Part shown: piece by piece, positions 62,451 to 64,000 of the stretch | Position numbering within the stretch: the stretch's first letter is position 1 | Layout of the letters: each line of letters starts with the position of its first letter | Made by a program: the position numbers and the translations under genes | The notes under the pieces: generated by a model | Database searches by the model: none | What the model saw: only the letters and a program-made list of their open reading frames with translations | Told to the model about the DNA's origin: nothing | From: Camelus dromedarius | Lineage: Eukaryota | NCBI RefSeq assembly: GCF_036321535.1 | Contig: NC_087437.1 | Coordinates: 28,398,001-28,462,000 of the forward strand | Direction: 5' to 3' | DNA length: 64,000 bases

Positions 62451-64000
62451 TTACGGAAATATTAGATACTAGGCTGGGAAAAATATTAAAATACTGATAA
62501 TGATAGCAACTTTTGGGTTAATAAAGGTGCTCTTTCTTAATCCTTCCTAGTCACATTATGGCCTCAAAGTTTAAGTTTGTTTACTTTTTCAAAATCTATT
62601 TGCTTCTCCCTGTGTTAATACCTTCCAGGGCTTTTTGATCTGTAACCTTTTGCCACTTCTGGTTTATTTGCCTAGCATATGATTTGTGAAAAATGAGGGA
62701 ACGTAAACAATTATGAGTGGCTTTTTTGAAATGCCTATTAAAACCCTGGCCTCAAAAGACCTGCCAGTCCAGAACTTTAAACAGAAATGTGAAAGCTCAG
62801 CATTAAAAGTCGGCAGCGTATAAGAGATGGTGCCAGTTGGACCACTTTGCTTCAAATACCTGCCTGCCCCAACCCTTTCCTTTGCTTAGTGACCAGCCAT
62901 ACTGACTGTAGGATGCACTTAATTCCATGTGAGTCAACAGCTTATGTGGCATGCCTACTGTGTGCTAGACAGCATCTCAGGTACTTTTCCACGCTTTCTG
63001 CACAAAGCGGAAAAGACTTGGAAAGTGTATCCATCCTCCACCCCTACCACTTGCCCCACTATCTAGACCGACGCAGTTGGACTCTCTAAACCAAGAGATA
63101 TGCCAGATATATATTTTTAAAAGCTATATGCACCTGGTTAACAACTATTCTTTTAATCCTACTGAGAGGTTCAGTGGATGTAGTATGTTTGCCGTGACTT
63201 CTCAATCCATATAGAAGATGGATTTTTCTCCCAAGGATAAGACCATCTGGAAATCTTTACCTGCTCCAGACTCTCATATAGGGCTGCCTTTGCTTTCTGA
63301 TTAGCACTGTGGATACATTTCAAAACACGACTTAAAAAATGAAATAACCTTGTCACCTACTTAATTCCTTATTCATAGTTAGAAGGTGGAGTCACTCTGA
63401 TTCATTAATGTCCCTGCTAGCTTTCCGATTTAAAAATATTTTTTTCTCTCTGAATAACACTCCCTCTGACTTCTGTTCCCTAAAAAAATGCTACTTGATG
63501 TACGTGAATTGTAATTAGCAGGTTCCCATTTTGTTGCATGTCTTCCATTTTGCTGCATCTCCTCTATTAATTATAATAAAATAGCAGTTGGTAAAAGAGT
63601 AAGTGTTACTTTTAAGATTCTTACCATGATGTGTATTAACAAGTGTAGAGTTCCGGTGATGACTGGTTGACCTCATAATTATTTTACTTTTGTTAAGGAT
63701 TCCATATGTTCACATATTTCATTTCATCTTGTTATCTCCAAATAACTGCAAATAGAGGAATCTCCAAATAGTTCTAACATCTTCTTTTTGAATTTCTAAC
63801 TCATCATGGGTTTAAATGAATGGAACTTTTCTTGCAAAAAAGTGGCAGTCCTCAGGCTTAGCAAATAAATAGACTAGCCTGGGTGGATATGCTTTTATAA
63901 ACTATCAACACACGAAAGTGATCCTAAAACTCCAAATGTCATTCCTTTAGAACTTCATGCATAAATTCTATGTGCTGTTCTAGGAATCAGGGGAATTTGA

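Larger units (their letters stand above)
48218..64000 (+). other. MBNL1: 5' part of the large MBNL1 intron after the first coding exon
   Basis: Starts GTGAGT; the next coding exon (expected GRCSRENCKYLHPP...) is not in the ORF track and I did not see it in the window. Confidence 0.85.

Noticed and set aside
1..64000. CRISPR arrays, prokaryotic operons, other protein-coding genes or processed pseudogenes
   Set aside because: The DNA is mammalian; there is no repeat-spacer periodicity, and no other ORF in the track resembles a protein I recognise.

Overview
Mammalian genomic DNA, probably a camelid (a Vic-1-like tRNA-derived SINE is present and I saw no Alu-like elements). The window holds the 5' part of the muscleblind-like 1 gene (MBNL1) on the + strand: a CpG-island promoter (~17.2-18.9 kb), a non-coding first exon ending at 17773, a 29.4-kb first intron, the 995-nt first coding exon (47223-48217, encoding [10 protein letters not shown]...FDSLK with CCCH zinc finger 1), and the start of the next large intron, which runs past the window end. 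The rest is non-coding and scattered with old L2, MIR, L1ME, MER and MLT relics and microsatellites; their boundaries are approximate and assigned from memory of consensus sequences. I found no new protein-coding system. The interesting signal is RNA-level control around MBNL1: YGCY (MBNL-binding) clusters at both ends of intron 1, a back-splice frame giving a 66-aa peptide, an intronic poly(A) signal overlapping a read-through stop codon, ten upstream AUGs, QKI/RBFOX/UG elements before the coding exon, and a well-formed antisense poly(A) site consistent with an MBNL1-AS1 counterpart.
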